Shown: one piece after another, positions 26,550 to 39,959 of the stretch | How the letters are laid out: each line of letters starts with the position of its first letter | Numbering within the stretch: the first letter of the stretch is position 1 | From: Acanthaster planci | Lineage: Eukaryota | Direction of reading: 5' to 3' | Length of the DNA: 64,000 nucleotides | Assembly: GCF_001949145.1 (NCBI RefSeq) | Contig: NW_019091358.1 | Location: 2,412,535 to 2,476,534, forward strand | Made by a program: the position numbers and the translations under genes | The notes under the pieces: model-generated | Seen by the model: the letters and a program-made list of their open reading frames with translations, nothing else | The model's database searches: none | What the model was told of the DNA's origin: nothing

Positions 26550-27880
26550 TTTTTGTGTCGTATAGGTCTGAACTAATAGTTCTTTTCAACAGTTTCATAA
26601 ACACTTCAGTATCGAAACAGTGTCACAACCTCGTATCCCTATGCCAAAGAAAGCTGGCCTTTTTAGGAACAACTGGCGGAAATTTACTTCTTTATACTAT
26701 AATAGCATGTTAAAGCATATGATGACCAGTTGTGGAGTCACGAGCATCCCATAATAAATATACTCCAGTCGATGTTACCATCAGCGAGCAGCTGTGACCT
26801 ATTGATGTCACATCGAAACTTCAGAGAGTTTCCCCATTGATTATTGTTTTTAACTTTGCGAGGAGTTATTGCCTAGCCTCGTTTAACTTAACAAGATGAG
26901 GCCACTTCTTTCTTTTGTCAAATCTTTGACAACATTCTTTGTCTGAGGTTTCATGTTTTGAGTCATGGCCACTTGTAATGATGCTGCAAAAACAAAGTAT
27001 CTGCCAACGGAATGACGTACATCTTTCCAAACTGTCTGGGGGCCAATCAATATCTTTTCGTAGATAATAAACAAGACCGCCTTGGTGTACTGGTGTATTG
27101 GAAATCTTCCCATTGTCCTTGAGAGTGCTGCTAATTCACTTCATTGCTGTTCTTGCCGGCCTTTGTTCGATTTGTGTGCGAAGCGAGGGCAGGCTGGCAA
27201 CCAATGAACTGTCCTTCTTCATTATACTCTTTACTCTGTGTCCTCAGAGGAGGCCAACTCCATAAAATGCGCTCAGTGCTACTTCACCGTAGGTACTTTA
27301 CTAGGGGAATAAAATATAGAGCAGGTCAGGAGAAGGGACGCTGATAACACCCCGGCCGAAGGCGAGGGACATCATTAGCGCCCAAAAATTGAAGACCAGC
27401 CCAGCACATAATATTTATTCCAATTTCCTTTTGAGTAACAAAGCCCAAGATTAAAAATGTCTGAATTTGTGACGACTTTTTTCAACAATTTTACTTTTTT
27501 CAAAAACACATCTAGTTTTCCTGTAGTATGTTCCTCCAGCGAGTGCATGTAGTCTAAAATAATCTCTATATGATGTGTGCATGGGTGCTTGTTGCGTGAG
27601 GTGATGGGGAGCTAGCTGGTGCTTTGTCAACCGGTTGAGACTGACCGCGTGACGTGCTCTCGACCAACAAGAATGGCTAAACTGCCTTGGATATCCACCA
27701 ATATCTATTAAGCCCCTGTAGTCTTGAACAAAAACCACGCTTGTACACATGTCAACAAAATTGGTATTACATATTGGAACAGAAGGTCCCCGTAATCACT
27801 TTTGCATGATTTATTTCACATCAAAATCATATTTCATTCCAAATCTTTCGGTGCTGAACATGTATCACCAACAACTCGTC
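26550..27880 (-). pseudogene. GAL3ST-like fossil G19
   Basis: TCSAP..NMILM*NKSCKSDYGDLLFQY, VVFV..IGGYPRQF, VVKDLTKERSGLILLS, LHNWSS. Confidence 0.7.
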
Positions 27881-28289
27881 GATCATGCAGTGGACGAAAT
27901 ACATGTCTATACGTCGTAAAGGAAGTCACAAGTATTTACAACATGCCAGATAGAGTATTTTGCGATGAGCAGCGTGACCTCAGCACAGTTGCAAGTCAGT
28001 ATTTTTAGACAGGAGTTAAAGACTATCGATCTTGAAACTGACACCCATGGCTGAAGTCTTTGATAAACAAAAATTAATCAGATGGAAAGGGCACAGCACT
28101 TTCTGGTACACAGGCTTCATCGTTTCATGCCTGCTCATGGGTGGTGAACGTTAAATGTAGAAGTCGGATTCTTGTTGCTCAGAGAGACATACATGTGTAT
28201 CCTTTTGTCAGCTGAGATCACACGAGCAGCTCAAGACAGGCTTTGGTTGAATCTGCCAAAGCTACATGTGACTTCACCATGCACTGACT

Positions 28290-29500
28290 CATGTTTCCCA
28301 GCGACAAGCATGGAGGAGCAAACGATGAGGAGCAGAAATCTGCGCTCGCGCGCAGTTGGCGTGCTGAACCTTCCAAGCGCCGCTGTCCTTTTTCATGCCC
28401 TTTATTTCTGTTTTCCATGATGAAACAAATTCTAAATCTTTTACTTATTTTGCCGTCTGTTCATGTGAAACCTTGTTCTTATTGGCTTGACAAACCGATC
28501 TTTACTTGTAGCTGCTAAACGTCCGTAGAAACGCCTCCCTATAGAGAACTAGATTTTTTTTTTCAAGGGGGCAACAAAAGACAGTGAGCTGCAGCAAAGG
28601 TGGTTCATGGATTTCCAATGGGGGGGGGCACCTAGGGGGCACTGGCATTCGCGGCAGGCACCCCCCTCCGCTGTAGTTATGCCATTGCCCGTCAGAATTC
28701 ACATCAGTAGGCCACAACCCTTATCTTATTCGAAATAAAGCAATAAATACTTTTTGTGCTGCAAGTATTAATGTTTTATCTTTGCTTTGTGCCATGGGAA
28801 CTTAGTTTTGATTGATGTATCTTGCACCTGTTAGTGGTCATTGTAATAACTTGTATCCACCGGCGGATGATAGTTTAGGTAGGCCTATTTCATGTACTTA
28901 TGGGTATAGGACAACACAATAGGAGTTGAAAGGGAACATCGAAACTTCAGAGTGTAACGCAACAAATTCCACAAGTTACAGCTGGAAAGCTGACAGCTAA
29001 CTTGTTTTGCCAAATGTTACCACATAGCTTGTATTTTCAATCATTTCCCTACTTACAAAAAGCAGCATGTTTGACATTACCTCACAAGACCACATTGCAG
29101 GCTACAGGGGGTTGTTTTGAAGACGAGTAAACAACGATTCAGTTTTTACAGAGAAATAAGTTGACAAACCAAACCAAAAAGGTTACAACTGAAAGCACAG
29201 CTTACCCTTCCAAAAGGTGAAAAACAATTATGAAAGCCCCCAGATGCTATTAAAGTCTAGGCTTGTGAACGTACATGTGTGGTATGGGCTTTATTCAATT
29301 TTGGTTGATGTTACATGAATCCACTTTATGGAATGCTCCGAAATGGGAAGGTCACAGTGACTGATCATTTTAATCACAGTAGCCTCACTTTGAGTAAGAT
29401 TTAATTTTTATTTGGAAGAATGATTTTATCCATGATTTCAAGCTATACGAGCAAAAGGAGGGTATTCTTTGTTCCCCCGAATATCTAATCATTACAGAAC
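28290..29500 (+). pseudogene. GAL3ST-like fossil G20 (GC-rich DNA-transposon end inserted at about 28540-28690)
   Basis: SCFPATSM, VGHNPY, LSLLCAMGT*F*LMY, HSLYF, HESTLW. Confidence 0.55.
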
Positions 29501-29599
29501 GATATTATGGTATACCTCGTTTTCGATTCAAGATGGCCGACTCGTGAATAACGTCACAAGCGTGCGGTAAGTGAAGACTTAGAATTTTTGTTTATGTCT

Positions 29600-30424
29600 T
29601 CGGGAGCCAATTACGGAAGGAAATTCCGGGCCGTTAAAACACCTCCAGCTAATGAAGCAACACTTTACGTACATGTATTATGGTCCACAAGTGTCGCTCA
29701 AACTCGACCGACGATTGCATTATGTTCTCATGTGCCTCAATGCCGCAGCAGAATTAGGCAGCCGTGTCAGTGAAACCAAAGTGGGTATATCGATCATTTC
29801 ACGAGAAATAGTAGCCGAAACAGATCACCTAAGACGTCCCCCGAATGAAAAATTCTAAGAGAAAGGACTTAAACATCCTTAACAGTTAACGCTGAACTGG
29901 CACGCTGCACTGACAGTGCTAATTATCGATGTATTTATTGAGAAGGGTGGTCACACGAGGCAAAATGTTCACCGATCCTCTTTCTTTTCAGTCAACTGCT
30001 GCCTCGTAATCTTCAGGTGGAACTTCTTGTGACATGCGTATTCCCTTTGCTGGCTCTGAAATGCCCCATAAAATACCTCCATGCAGAATAAATAATTATG
30101 AAGGGATTAAAAGCATTTTTTAAGATTTAAAGGAACTCAAGTACAGTGTAAATACTTAGGTAAAATCAATTCACACCTTGTCTCGCCTTTCATGTCTTTT
30201 TTTTTCAAACATTTCCTTTCCGCTTTAGGAAAAGTGTGCAACTCATTACAATGTCTCAGTTTGAAAGTGAACTGGGTGAGGCTGTCTGGTGGCTTTATTT
30301 CTCGTTTCCTTGTTCTGTTTTCTTTAAAGGGGTACGACTTCCTGCTATTATGGAGATTATATGAAGCAATAATGGAAGATTGCACTGGAATAGCACAGTG
30401 GAATGTGCCCGCCTGGCGCACACT
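29600..30424 (+). pseudogene. GAL3ST-like fossil G21, cut by the Harbinger element
   Basis: RKFRAVKTPPANEATLYVHVLW, RLHYVL..ELG, TDPLSFQS, IAQWNVPAWR. Confidence 0.65.
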
Positions 30425-31634
30425 AAATAGGTTTTGCAGGGTTATGGATACAGTTACGCGAACAGATACGTTATCACTTTTTGTGCTTCTGTGACGTGTA
30501 TCCGTAGTACGCATGTTTTGCGTTTTGGGGTCTCCATACAAGGAAAATGGCAGCCCGTTGATGTCTACTAATCCAGCAGCATGCAGCACATCCATGACTC
30601 CACTCTCACGAAGCAAAGCACAGTCATGCCTTCTCCTTCCACTGGGCCATACATATTGGCTATCATGCCATCTGGTACAACTATTGACTGGAATGAGCGA
30701 ATGAACCCGCTTGTGCCCATTGTAACATACTCTCTGGTTTTGTGTGGGTCTACAAATAGGGCGAACAGTTCCATCTATAAAACCAAAGCAATCTGCGTAT
30801 CTTTGCAGTCAAACAGATGATTGAGAGTTGCATTGATAATCATTGACAGTGTCGATTTTGGCCGGCCAAAAAAGAGCTCCAAATCTGGAAGTCTGTTTGG
30901 ATACATCAGTCGTCTGAGGAGAACACACAGTGCATCCGTTCCATCTACAACAGTTCTGTTGGGGCAAACTATCTTCTCAGGTAAGTGAAGCCTCACAGCA
31001 AGCTGGCGGGTCATCATTTGTTGAACCTACATGCAGAAGGAAAAGATATGCTACGTAAGCATTTGTTTATTTTTGGAAACCTTTCTTCAATGAACTGCAG
31101 ACTACATAGGCCTAGCCCCCGCCTAGCTAGGCTGATTTGATCAACATGTGAATGACTGCAAAAATATTTCATCTAAAATAAATTACTTGAAAATAAATTG
31201 GATTAAACGTTTTGCTTCACCTGAACAGATGTACACATCAGTCGTGAGCGAGAGGCGAGTAGTTTTAGAGTCGTTAGGCCTAGCCTCGGCCGCACCCAGA
31301 GCATGGATAAACTTCTCGTACTCATAGGCCTACCTGAAGTTACTTAGGCACTGAACATCAGAGATATTGTCAAGGTGAAATCTTGGATTATCAGAATCGA
31401 AGGTCGTTGACCTTATATGTGGCTGAAGAAGGACAAGAAATGCGTCTTCGTCTTCATTTTCCACTGAAGCGCAGAGTAATTCCGTTGTCTCCCTGGCCGC
31501 CGCCATAGTGGATGCATCGCCCTCAAGGGATCAAATCGCTACGAGTTGGGAAACAAAAACTCATATGCGTGCAGACGTAAACGGATACAGTTATCGTATC
31601 TGTATCCGTATCGGTAACGCTGCGAAACCTCCCT
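30425..31634 (-). mobile_element. Internally deleted PIF/Harbinger transposon with a degraded, intron-containing DDE transposase
   Basis: TIRs AGGGAGGTTTCGCAGCGTTACCGATAC / AAATAGGTTTTGCAGGGTTATGGATAC. Transposase remnants FHLDNISDVQCLSNFR|F, IVCPNRTVVDGTDALCVLLRRLMYP, CFGFIDGTVRPICRP..YNGHKRVH, FQSIVVPDGMIANMYGPVEG, LRESG..LYGDP, then truncated. GT-AG intron at 31027-31333. Confidence 0.92.
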
Positions 31635-31639
31635 ACTGA

Positions 31640-32200
31640 ACCTCATTTGTAAACCATTAACAGCCCACCGACATCGTTATTAACCGGAATGCTTAGCATT
31701 AATGACTTTATTATTAAATGAATCTTCCCTGCCGTCAAGCTTGGGATGACAATTCTCAGAAATCTAAGCCCAGCAAGAGTGAGTAAATGAACAGAAAACG
31801 TATTGCAGAATGGAAATCAGCTGGACATCAAGGTATACTCACTTATACGTATAAAACTGCTAAAAATAGAATGGTTTTGGAGGGGGAAACAGTATCAAGA
31901 TTTGTTTCTTATGTTTACCAATAGCCTCATTAATTTATACTAACAAATTCAATGATAACATGCTATCTACATCTCCTTCCGTGGACACCATTTCTGAATT
32001 TTGAAATCTGAATGTTGAACGATCTGAAGAAGTATTCTCCCGCGTCTTTATAGTGTGGTGAGCAAGTTTACCTGGTCATTTTAATGAATGTTTGCCCCAT
32101 TTCACACATCATTTCAAGCTATCGAATCCATACGTTTCAAGAGAGAATTGGCTCGGAGGACTTCGCCCCAAGCATATAATTATGTAGTGTTTAAATTTAA
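31640..32200 (+). pseudogene. GAL3ST-like fossil G22 (N-terminal part missing)
   Basis: MTILRN, W*ASLPGHFNECL, RFKRELAR. Confidence 0.55.
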
Positions 32201-32899
32201 AATATGGTTTCTAGCCATTTGTGTGAGTGTTTGGGGTTTTTTTTTTCTCTCTCTCTATCTCTTCTTTTTTTTCAGAGTACAGTTATTTTATTTGTTAGCA
32301 TGGTTTGGTTTGGTATTTTTAGGCAAAAGCCAAAAAAATACACCTGACACCTTTTACCTTACATCTTTTAAATCAGTCATCCTGGATCAGTTATTTGAAA
32401 CTTAATTTGAAGAAAATGAGAGCAAGGCCTGCAAGAAAGACGACACAGATTTCCAGTGATACATATGTATAATCAATACTAGGAAGACAAATTGACCTTT
32501 TACCCCCCGCGAATAACAATTCAGCTGAAATCTATGTATGAAAACAGTGAAAACTGTAAACAAGCAAACGTGGACACTGCAAAATGCTGTATGTTCATAC
32601 CTGTATGATATTGATGATTTGGATTAAGACTTCTTTTTACATAAACCTTTTGGCGATTTGTAGTTTTACATATATTGTGTATCTATTTGGTCGACAGTTC
32701 AGAAAAAAGCGCGCGTGTGCATTTGCGACAACACTACTTTTAAGATGTTTTGCATAGCGAATTTGCACACTTTGGAACGGCTGAGCATTGCATGCAATAG
32801 CGGTCCGTGACGACTGAAAGGCTGTGACAACAGGACACCCTTATCAATGTATTACATCACGTCCCGCTTCACATCTGTGTCCTCTGTCAATTATTCAAA

Positions 32900-34150
32900 A
32901 GCCAACCAGTAATGCATACAAAAATGTGGGGAAACAAAGAAGAAAGAAACTAAGCCATACGCAAGGCCAAGGGCGATGCAGAAGCGCGGACATCAATCAG
33001 CCAAATGTTGCAACCTCAATTTCCCAGCCGATTCCCCCGCGTGCAAGTGCGTGGCTTTGGCATCCCTGGTCGGCCGACAAAGACTCTTGAAGGCTCAAAA
33101 CTGCAGTCTTTCCCTAAAACGTCGAAGAGACGGGAAGTGTTTTTTGAGCTCCGAATGCCTGTCCTCCAGAGAATGCATTTAATGTCTACTTCTTCCTGAA
33201 GGTATAGGAACCTATACTAGTAGAAGCTACCCAATTGTTATTATCGCTGCCTTGCCCCTTGTCCTCATGCACTGAATTCCACAAAGGACAAACCTGCGAG
33301 CTGCACTTAATGCACTTAACACAAGTATCTTCTTTGAAATGAAAATCTGCTGCAGTAAAAATTGCCTATTTGGAGGTTTTTGATCTTTATGCCGGACGAA
33401 AACGAAGGAAGCCATTGGCAGCTTTGACCTGGCGTATATTTGCGATTGCCATAAAATACAAGTAAGCAACTTCATTCGATAATGCAAAACATGAACTTTT
33501 TAGTATTTCGTTTTGTGTATTTACACGGAAAAATCAAACCGCTGCGTAGAAGACAAAAATCGAAGTATCTGTGTATGTACAGATCTTCTGTCAGATGAAT
33601 ATATCTCATTTTGCATTATGACCATTCAGCTCTGTTTCAACTGTGTTAATTATGTTTATCCCTATTGTATATATTTTCATACTCTACCTAGCGCACTATT
33701 AGTTTATAATTAAATGAAACCTTGCAAACTCTTCGGACGAATTTGACTAAGACTAGAAGCAGTAAATATCTTCATCAAAAAGGGAACAGTGTGAAATTTG
33801 TGACAAGCAACTATTTTCCATTTCAAAGGTGTAACAGCAAGAGAAGTCGCCTTCAATCTAGTAGGCACCTGTGAAAACTTGTATAGCTTCATAATTGCGC
33901 ACGATAGAAAACGTGCGGGAAATTGATCGAGGGACCAGTTACTGCGCGCACTTGTCATTAAGAAGCATTCAGAAATTATTTGGAATGTTATATTGGGTTG
34001 GTAACTAAAGCGTGGTCAGTACATCATTAAATGGTGTTGTGGACCGTCTGGATGCTCTGAATTATAATTCACGGTACGAAAAGCTAAAATGGAGGGAAAT
34101 AAGTTCAAACCAAGAGTTCCTTTCTAAAACACGATAACAGCTATTTTGGT
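32900..34150 (-). pseudogene. GAL3ST-like fossil G23
   Basis: RFSYQPNITF, QFPARF, WKIVACH, YARSKLPMA. Confidence 0.6.
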
Positions 34151-34609
34151 GCATTACAGAATCCTACCATCTCCTGACAGCACAAAGTCTGTTACTTTTT
34201 ATGTATTTGGGAATAAATGAAAAAAAATATGTTTTTGTATTACTTGTATGATATTTTTATGCTTGAAAATTTCACAATCGTGGAAAGTTTGCATATTATC
34301 CACATGGATGTGTCGCTTTTCTTTAGGAATAAACCCTTCACAATATAGTTCGACGTCGTTCGCTAGGTGAGGTTTCTCCTGCACTGACGGAAACGGAGGA
34401 GCTAAATAACTAATGGTTATACCCATCATATCTTCTGCTAGACAAACACCACTACTTTACCCTTCGGGCAACCGCGCTCTCCCGCTAACCAGTACACACA
34501 AAAGGGCCCGCTATGTTTACCAAAGCGTGCTGAATTGACGTCCTCCTCCAGAACGGGCAAAAATAATCCAGGTAAATTTGTGTGCCGACAGGAAACGGGT
34601 ACAAATCGA

Positions 34610-35800
34610 AGTGCATTAAGTGCAACCAGCCAACCAATCTACTCTTTTCTCTCTATTCCTCTTGTCTTCTCTCCTACCGGTTTTTTCCTTCCATTCACGC
34701 CCGCTCATCACTACCCTCTACTTCATTTCTTGGCTCTGTTTGTAAAACTCAAGCTTCTTCCCAGGTGAAAAAAAGGGTAATAGAAAATAATACTAGGACG
34801 AAAATCCAATATTAAGGGCTTCGCTGATGTTGACCCTACGTGGCTGAGTACTCTTAGGCCTTCGATCGAGAACTTTAAATACAGGCGGAAATTCTAACAA
34901 ACATTGTTGGATGTTCAAATTGGAATATGGCAAACTATTTACTGAAGAATTCATTTCCCTGTTACCTACTTAATTAAAATATTTGATATCCTTAATACCC
35001 GTTTCACCTTTTCCAGTGCTAATATCATGTAATTAAAGCACTCCTTGTTTATGCTGCCGACTGTGTTTGCAACATGATTAAGAAAAATAGGCCCACTTGA
35101 AGAAAAAGGAACTCTTTCCGAATTTGTTGGGGGGGATGGGGAAATTGATGTCTATTATGACCAGTGGGGCAGTCTAAGGTCACTGAAAATTTTATTTTAT
35201 AATTGACAAACTAAAAAAAGTAATCATACACGCTGTCTTGTTTAACTGATTAATGGATTGTCATACATTGGTAATTTTTAGTATTAAATGATAAGTCATG
35301 GACAAGACTTGTCTTTTTTGACTAATTTATCAAGTAACTGGTAATGCACGAAAATTAATTAGTAATGTAGGAAAATTAGTTAGTATGCAAGAAAATTAAT
35401 TCCTCATTCTGACAGCTTTATTTTGTCATATGACTAAGCTGATTGGTCACATTACATGCCACCTTCAAGGTAATTACACTTGAAATAACAGTCTGAAAAC
35501 AAGATTGCAATTTACACTTTAATTGGAATTCCTGGTTAAAATAGTACAAACATAAAAAGTACAAACTTTCCAAAACTTTGGACCAAATAGAAATACCATA
35601 TTCGCATTACTCCACGTTTTCATATTTAGTATTAATGCTCTAAGTTTTGATTCAGACATGGCCTTCAAAAGCTTAAACTTTTTTCATCAAAGTGGTACTA
35701 ACGTAAACACAGCCTAGGTCAAATTCTTTAAGAATGGCCAAAAGATACAAATATACGATTGAAGTTTTTTTAGAGTAGCCAGACTGCATACACTTACACA
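34610..35800 (+). pseudogene. GAL3ST-like fossil G24
   Basis: KCNQPTNLLF, LLPR, IFDIL/PVS, RLVFFD*F, LILTALFCHMTKLIGHITC. Confidence 0.7.
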
Positions 35801-35817
35801 ACACTGAAATAGTGTAA

Positions 35818-35936
35818 AGCTGCATCCGAATCTCTTGTCTAGAGCTAGGTCTAGGTCGTCACTCCATTAGAAATGCGTGAAGACGCGTAGACAACAGACC
35901 TAGCCGTAGCTCCGGCAGCCCGTTTCGGACACTGCC
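35818..35936. mobile_element. About 120-bp hairpin MITE (Harbinger-like)
   Basis: AGCTGCATCCGAA...TTCGGACACTGCC ends, plus internal GCTAGGTCT/AGACCTAGC inverted repeat. Confidence 0.6.
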
Positions 35937-36009
35937 GAAGCTGTGTTTCCCAACCTGAAACTACTGGCAAAGAAAATTATCAAAAATTCTTACTAAGGAT
36001 CCCAACTAG

Positions 36010-36950
36010 TAGAATGCTATGTTGAGGTCATACTTTTCCCATTAACACATATCACGCAGGACTGGAATCTAAAACCAAAATAAATTATGGCCCCTAGTTT
36101 TCCTTTGTGTATGTAATGCAATGGAAACGTCCAACAGCCATGTCTGGATTTTAAAGTACTAGTCTAGCAGTGATTATTCCATCAGAATACATCGCTGCTA
36201 GCTTTAGTCTGGTGCAGAGATACCAATGGATTCCCTTCCCACACTGGCGGTAAAGTCAGCTTCGCCAGAATGAGGTCTATACGTTAACTTCTAACGTTAG
36301 ACAGGCCAAATAAACGTTAGGCCCCATGACACATGCCATGCTCGAACCAAATGAAAGTGTGACCTAAATACTGTATACAGTTCGTCAAACTATACTAATT
36401 ATTTTTAAGTTTCAAGTAGCATTGTCTGATACTCGCCTTTTTGAAAATCTCCTAAAGAAACTGAGAACCGGCACCGCCAAAAGCAGGCTGAATGCAAAAT
36501 GGCGTCCATTCACGTCGCGCGCGCTTTTTTTTCTTTGCAGAGCAAGGGCAACAAACCCGGCAATCGGAATTTGTCAAGCCAAGAGTACTCAACTATTAGG
36601 CAAATTTCGTTTTGGAAATAGCAACGTTCTAAAATATTTGTCAAAGAATTTGTCCATTAAAATTAATTCGTCATTTATATGACGTGGCGTGGAATTCAAT
36701 CCAAATTTGGAAATGAATATGGATATTTCGAGAGAAACACAGTAAATGTGCTTGTGCGTTACAAAGGAATTAATCGACTCGTAAAACAAAGGACAATTTA
36801 TGTCTTGCTCCCCGAACCTGAGCTGCTACATCTTTGAACGGCCAACGTTATTTGAGAATAAATGCTGGGCCACTTCTTGTTCATTTGCTGTATTCTTAAT
36901 CAAAGTGGCTAATGCTATAAAAATTTCATGGCAATAGAAAGGGAATTCAT
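36010..36950 (+). pseudogene. GAL3ST-like fossil G25
   Basis: ECYVEVILFPLTHIT, CHAR, DTRLFEN, RALFF, LKYLSKNL. Confidence 0.65.
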
Positions 36951-36979
36951 ACATTAAAGAGTGTGTATGTAATTTATCC

Positions 36980-38180
36980 TATTTATTTGCCAAACAGTTT
37001 TGTTTTCGGCCGGCCGAACCCTCTCCAAAGCCAAAACACAGCAGAACGCTGGAATTACAGAGAGACGCCCTACTGCAAAATGGGGGCATAGACCTACGTT
37101 TCATATCACTGAACCTTGACTGTGATATTTGTTCTGATTCATTGTATGAGTGTATAAACTGCGCCTTGAGCATATATATTGATGGATATTGGCGCATTAT
37201 AAGTTTTCATTAATATTATTATGTCGCGGCGAGCAGTGAGCTCATGAAAACACGACACGTCAATAAATTGGGGAAAATATTAAATGACGACTGTCGACGA
37301 ATTGCGTCTGAAATATTGTTAACTTTACTCATAATGTCGTTCGCTGGAATTGGAAGGAAAGGGATGAGAATGCGACTTTCTACCCTGGACCATATCAGTG
37401 ACGCATCAAGAGGTGGGGGACGTTACTTTTTTATTGTGTGGAAATGAAAGCGCCAGCAATATTATAGAAACGACAGTACATGTACCACTATTATTGGGGG
37501 ATTTTTTTTTCTAGATGAGCACAATCCTTCTAGGGAAGAATCGGTCCCCGTTTCGCCCAAAGAATCACCAACTGGACCAGTCCACTCACCAGTTTCAGGC
37601 AGGGGGGTCCACAGTACCAGCTGCGGTGGGAGGCACGTTACAAGAATAGACAATTTTGGTGCTTATGGTTATTGCCGATGGGGGTGGGGTGGGGCAGCTG
37701 CTTGCCGGGATATGGCTACCCCTCCCCCACAACGGGCCTGAAATGGACACACCGCTGGACAAGATTCTTTCTCGCTCGTGATTACCGCCTTTCAAACTCA
37801 TTTAAAGATGCTAAATTTTTAAGGCAGATCCACCCATTGAATACCTTACGTTGCTCTCGAACTCCCTCTAAAATACCAACTCTAGTCGATATACGTGGTT
37901 AACAATCGAAAACAAGGGAGTAAAAAGCTTTGCCCCAAATAATAACGTGATTCTTATCAATTTGTTTTGATCACGGACCACTTTATCAGCGCCCCGTAAA
38001 ATGTAACCAGGGATCCTTCGGGGGTAAATGAATTTTAATGTGTGGTTTTGTTTTTGTCTCCCTGTCAAAAACACATCACACAAACTGGACGCTGCGAACT
38101 GATCCATAAAAATTGTGTTTCAATGTAGTCCCACGTGACATCGGTGTCGTCACCGGTGTATTACATTCCTCGCACTGCTC
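36980..38180 (-). pseudogene. GAL3ST-like fossil G26, split by a hAT MITE
   Basis: AASSLCDVFLTGRQKQNHTLKFIYP, FSIVNHVY, ERILS, DAIRRQSSFNI..FMSSLL. Confidence 0.6.
37396..37757. mobile_element. hAT-type MITE
   Basis: CAGTGACGCATC...GACACACCGCTG ends; 8-bp TSD GACCATAT/GACAAGAT (2 mismatches). Confidence 0.7.
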
Positions 38181-38299
38181 GCGGGCCTGGGCGCAGAAAA
38201 CGAGTTGGGCTTGGAGCACTTTGTGTCATGCCTAACAGGTCTATACGTAAACAAGGGAAGCAGTAGGCTTATTTCTCTTCGCCAGACTGGGGAAAAGTT

Positions 38300-39300
38300 T
38301 TTTAGCAAGCAGTGTAATCTGTTTTTCATCAGAATTTTGTAAAATGAAAAAAAAAGGAATTGATTCCAGAGACTTTCGTTTAAATGCCTGACTCACTTTT
38401 AGGAAAATGGAATGACGGATTTAGGGGCAACTTGATACACGAATACGGCAATCTCCTTCGAGATGAAGGACTTTTAGACTGAATAAAGACAGTGTATTGT
38501 GTTTCAGTCATGCGATATACATTATTCCTCACAATCTAATTTATCGACAGCTCAATTTTTCATTTAAATCTAAGGGTGCTCTTTGCATGAAAATGTCAAA
38601 AGTAGCAGCACAAAAACTCCTGTAAAATGGTAATAATGAACTGAAATCGATCTTTCTCCGGTGACAAATAACGTCTTAGTGACTTTTCTGCTACTTATTC
38701 AAAATGGACTTGCAAAGAGCAACCTTAGCTGCGAGACTGGGAAAAATCAATTGTGCCCCTCTCAATGTCCGTAAATCTCTTTTCTAAAAGTTTTGTGGAC
38801 ACCACTGACTGTCTCACTGATTGACAGATTGAACTTCATTGACAGCGCGCAGTATCATGATCCATGCAACACGAGCTTCCTTAGTCTAAAAGACAACTGA
38901 TATTGAGTGAGGTCCAGTACACAGAAGAACTATGAAAATACAGTTTTCAACAGTCCAACACGGGGCGACCTTCCCACGTTATTGTCACCGGTCCCATTCG
39001 TGTTTGAAAGCGTCAACGAAACTGCCACGTTAAGCATGTGGCCCGCAGAAGGTGACCCCAATTATAACAACACTTGAGTGAGACCTGCATGTCGGGCGAA
39101 AATGAAAATCTACGAAATCTTACATTTTCAGGATGTTCGACAGACTTAACATTTCCTGGAGGTAAGCAGAGTCCTTTCCGCTCAAAATCTTTCATCAGAT
39201 TACTCACTCTGCACTGATATTATTGGACCTTTGGTTAAGTTCCAGTGATCAATGAACACTTTATTATCAAAATACTTTCTGCTTTACGTACATACGGACT
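38300..39300 (-). pseudogene. GAL3ST-like fossil G27
   Basis: VCT*SR..KVFID..SVQS, GLCLPPG..HP, VTITWE..LLKTVFS*F. Confidence 0.55.
38574..38724. mobile_element. PIF/Harbinger-type MITE
   Basis: TAA|GGGTGCTCTTTGCA...TGCAAAGAGCAACC|TTA. Confidence 0.75.
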
Positions 39301-39959
39301 TACCGTGGGTCGCCCTCTCGTCCAATGCGGCCACTGAAATTACATTTTGAGATCGTGAGATCGGAATTTGTCACACTTGGAAATAAGAAAAGTCATTCAT
39401 TAACGCCTAGCTGGTCTCGTGTGACGAACAATTATATCGTGCTGACGTGTCCTTACATTTGCTTGAGAAGGACGCCACTCCGCAATTTCGGGGGTCAATT
39501 CATTGCCACGGTTTATACCATTGCTGTCTAAGACAAGGTCTGCATGGCTTCAGACTGACGAAGGAATCTAGCCTTGTGTAAAACTTTCACTTGTACCCAT
39601 CAAAACAAATGAAACTTTAAATATATTGGCGAGATTGAACCAATCAAAGCAATCAAGGTGTGGAAACCAACACCTCAGGAACTACTATCATATACTTTTT
39701 CAAATTATCAGATGTGCCAACTTTGCCTTGATTGGTAAAAAGCTTGAAGAAATCAGCCAGCTCGACAAAGTCAAAACCACCAAAACAGCTTCGGCCATCC
39801 CTAAATTTCTCAATTAGACATCCGGCTGTCAACAAAATGCTTGGACACTGATACCAGGGGAATTCGCCTCACGATAAACAGCTGTCCGAGTGAGAAGAAA
39901 TGTATTCGAGTAAAGATGGCATGGCTCCTCAAACGGAGTAAGTGAAGGAGAACTCGATG

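Noticed and set aside
28218..28418. Second (Myb/SANT) ORF of the Harbinger element
   Set aside because: Lies outside the element's TIRs, and the opposite strand matches fossil G20.
37589..37620. Small minus-strand exon candidate ending CTG|GTGAGT
   Set aside because: Inside the hAT MITE; no supporting coding context.
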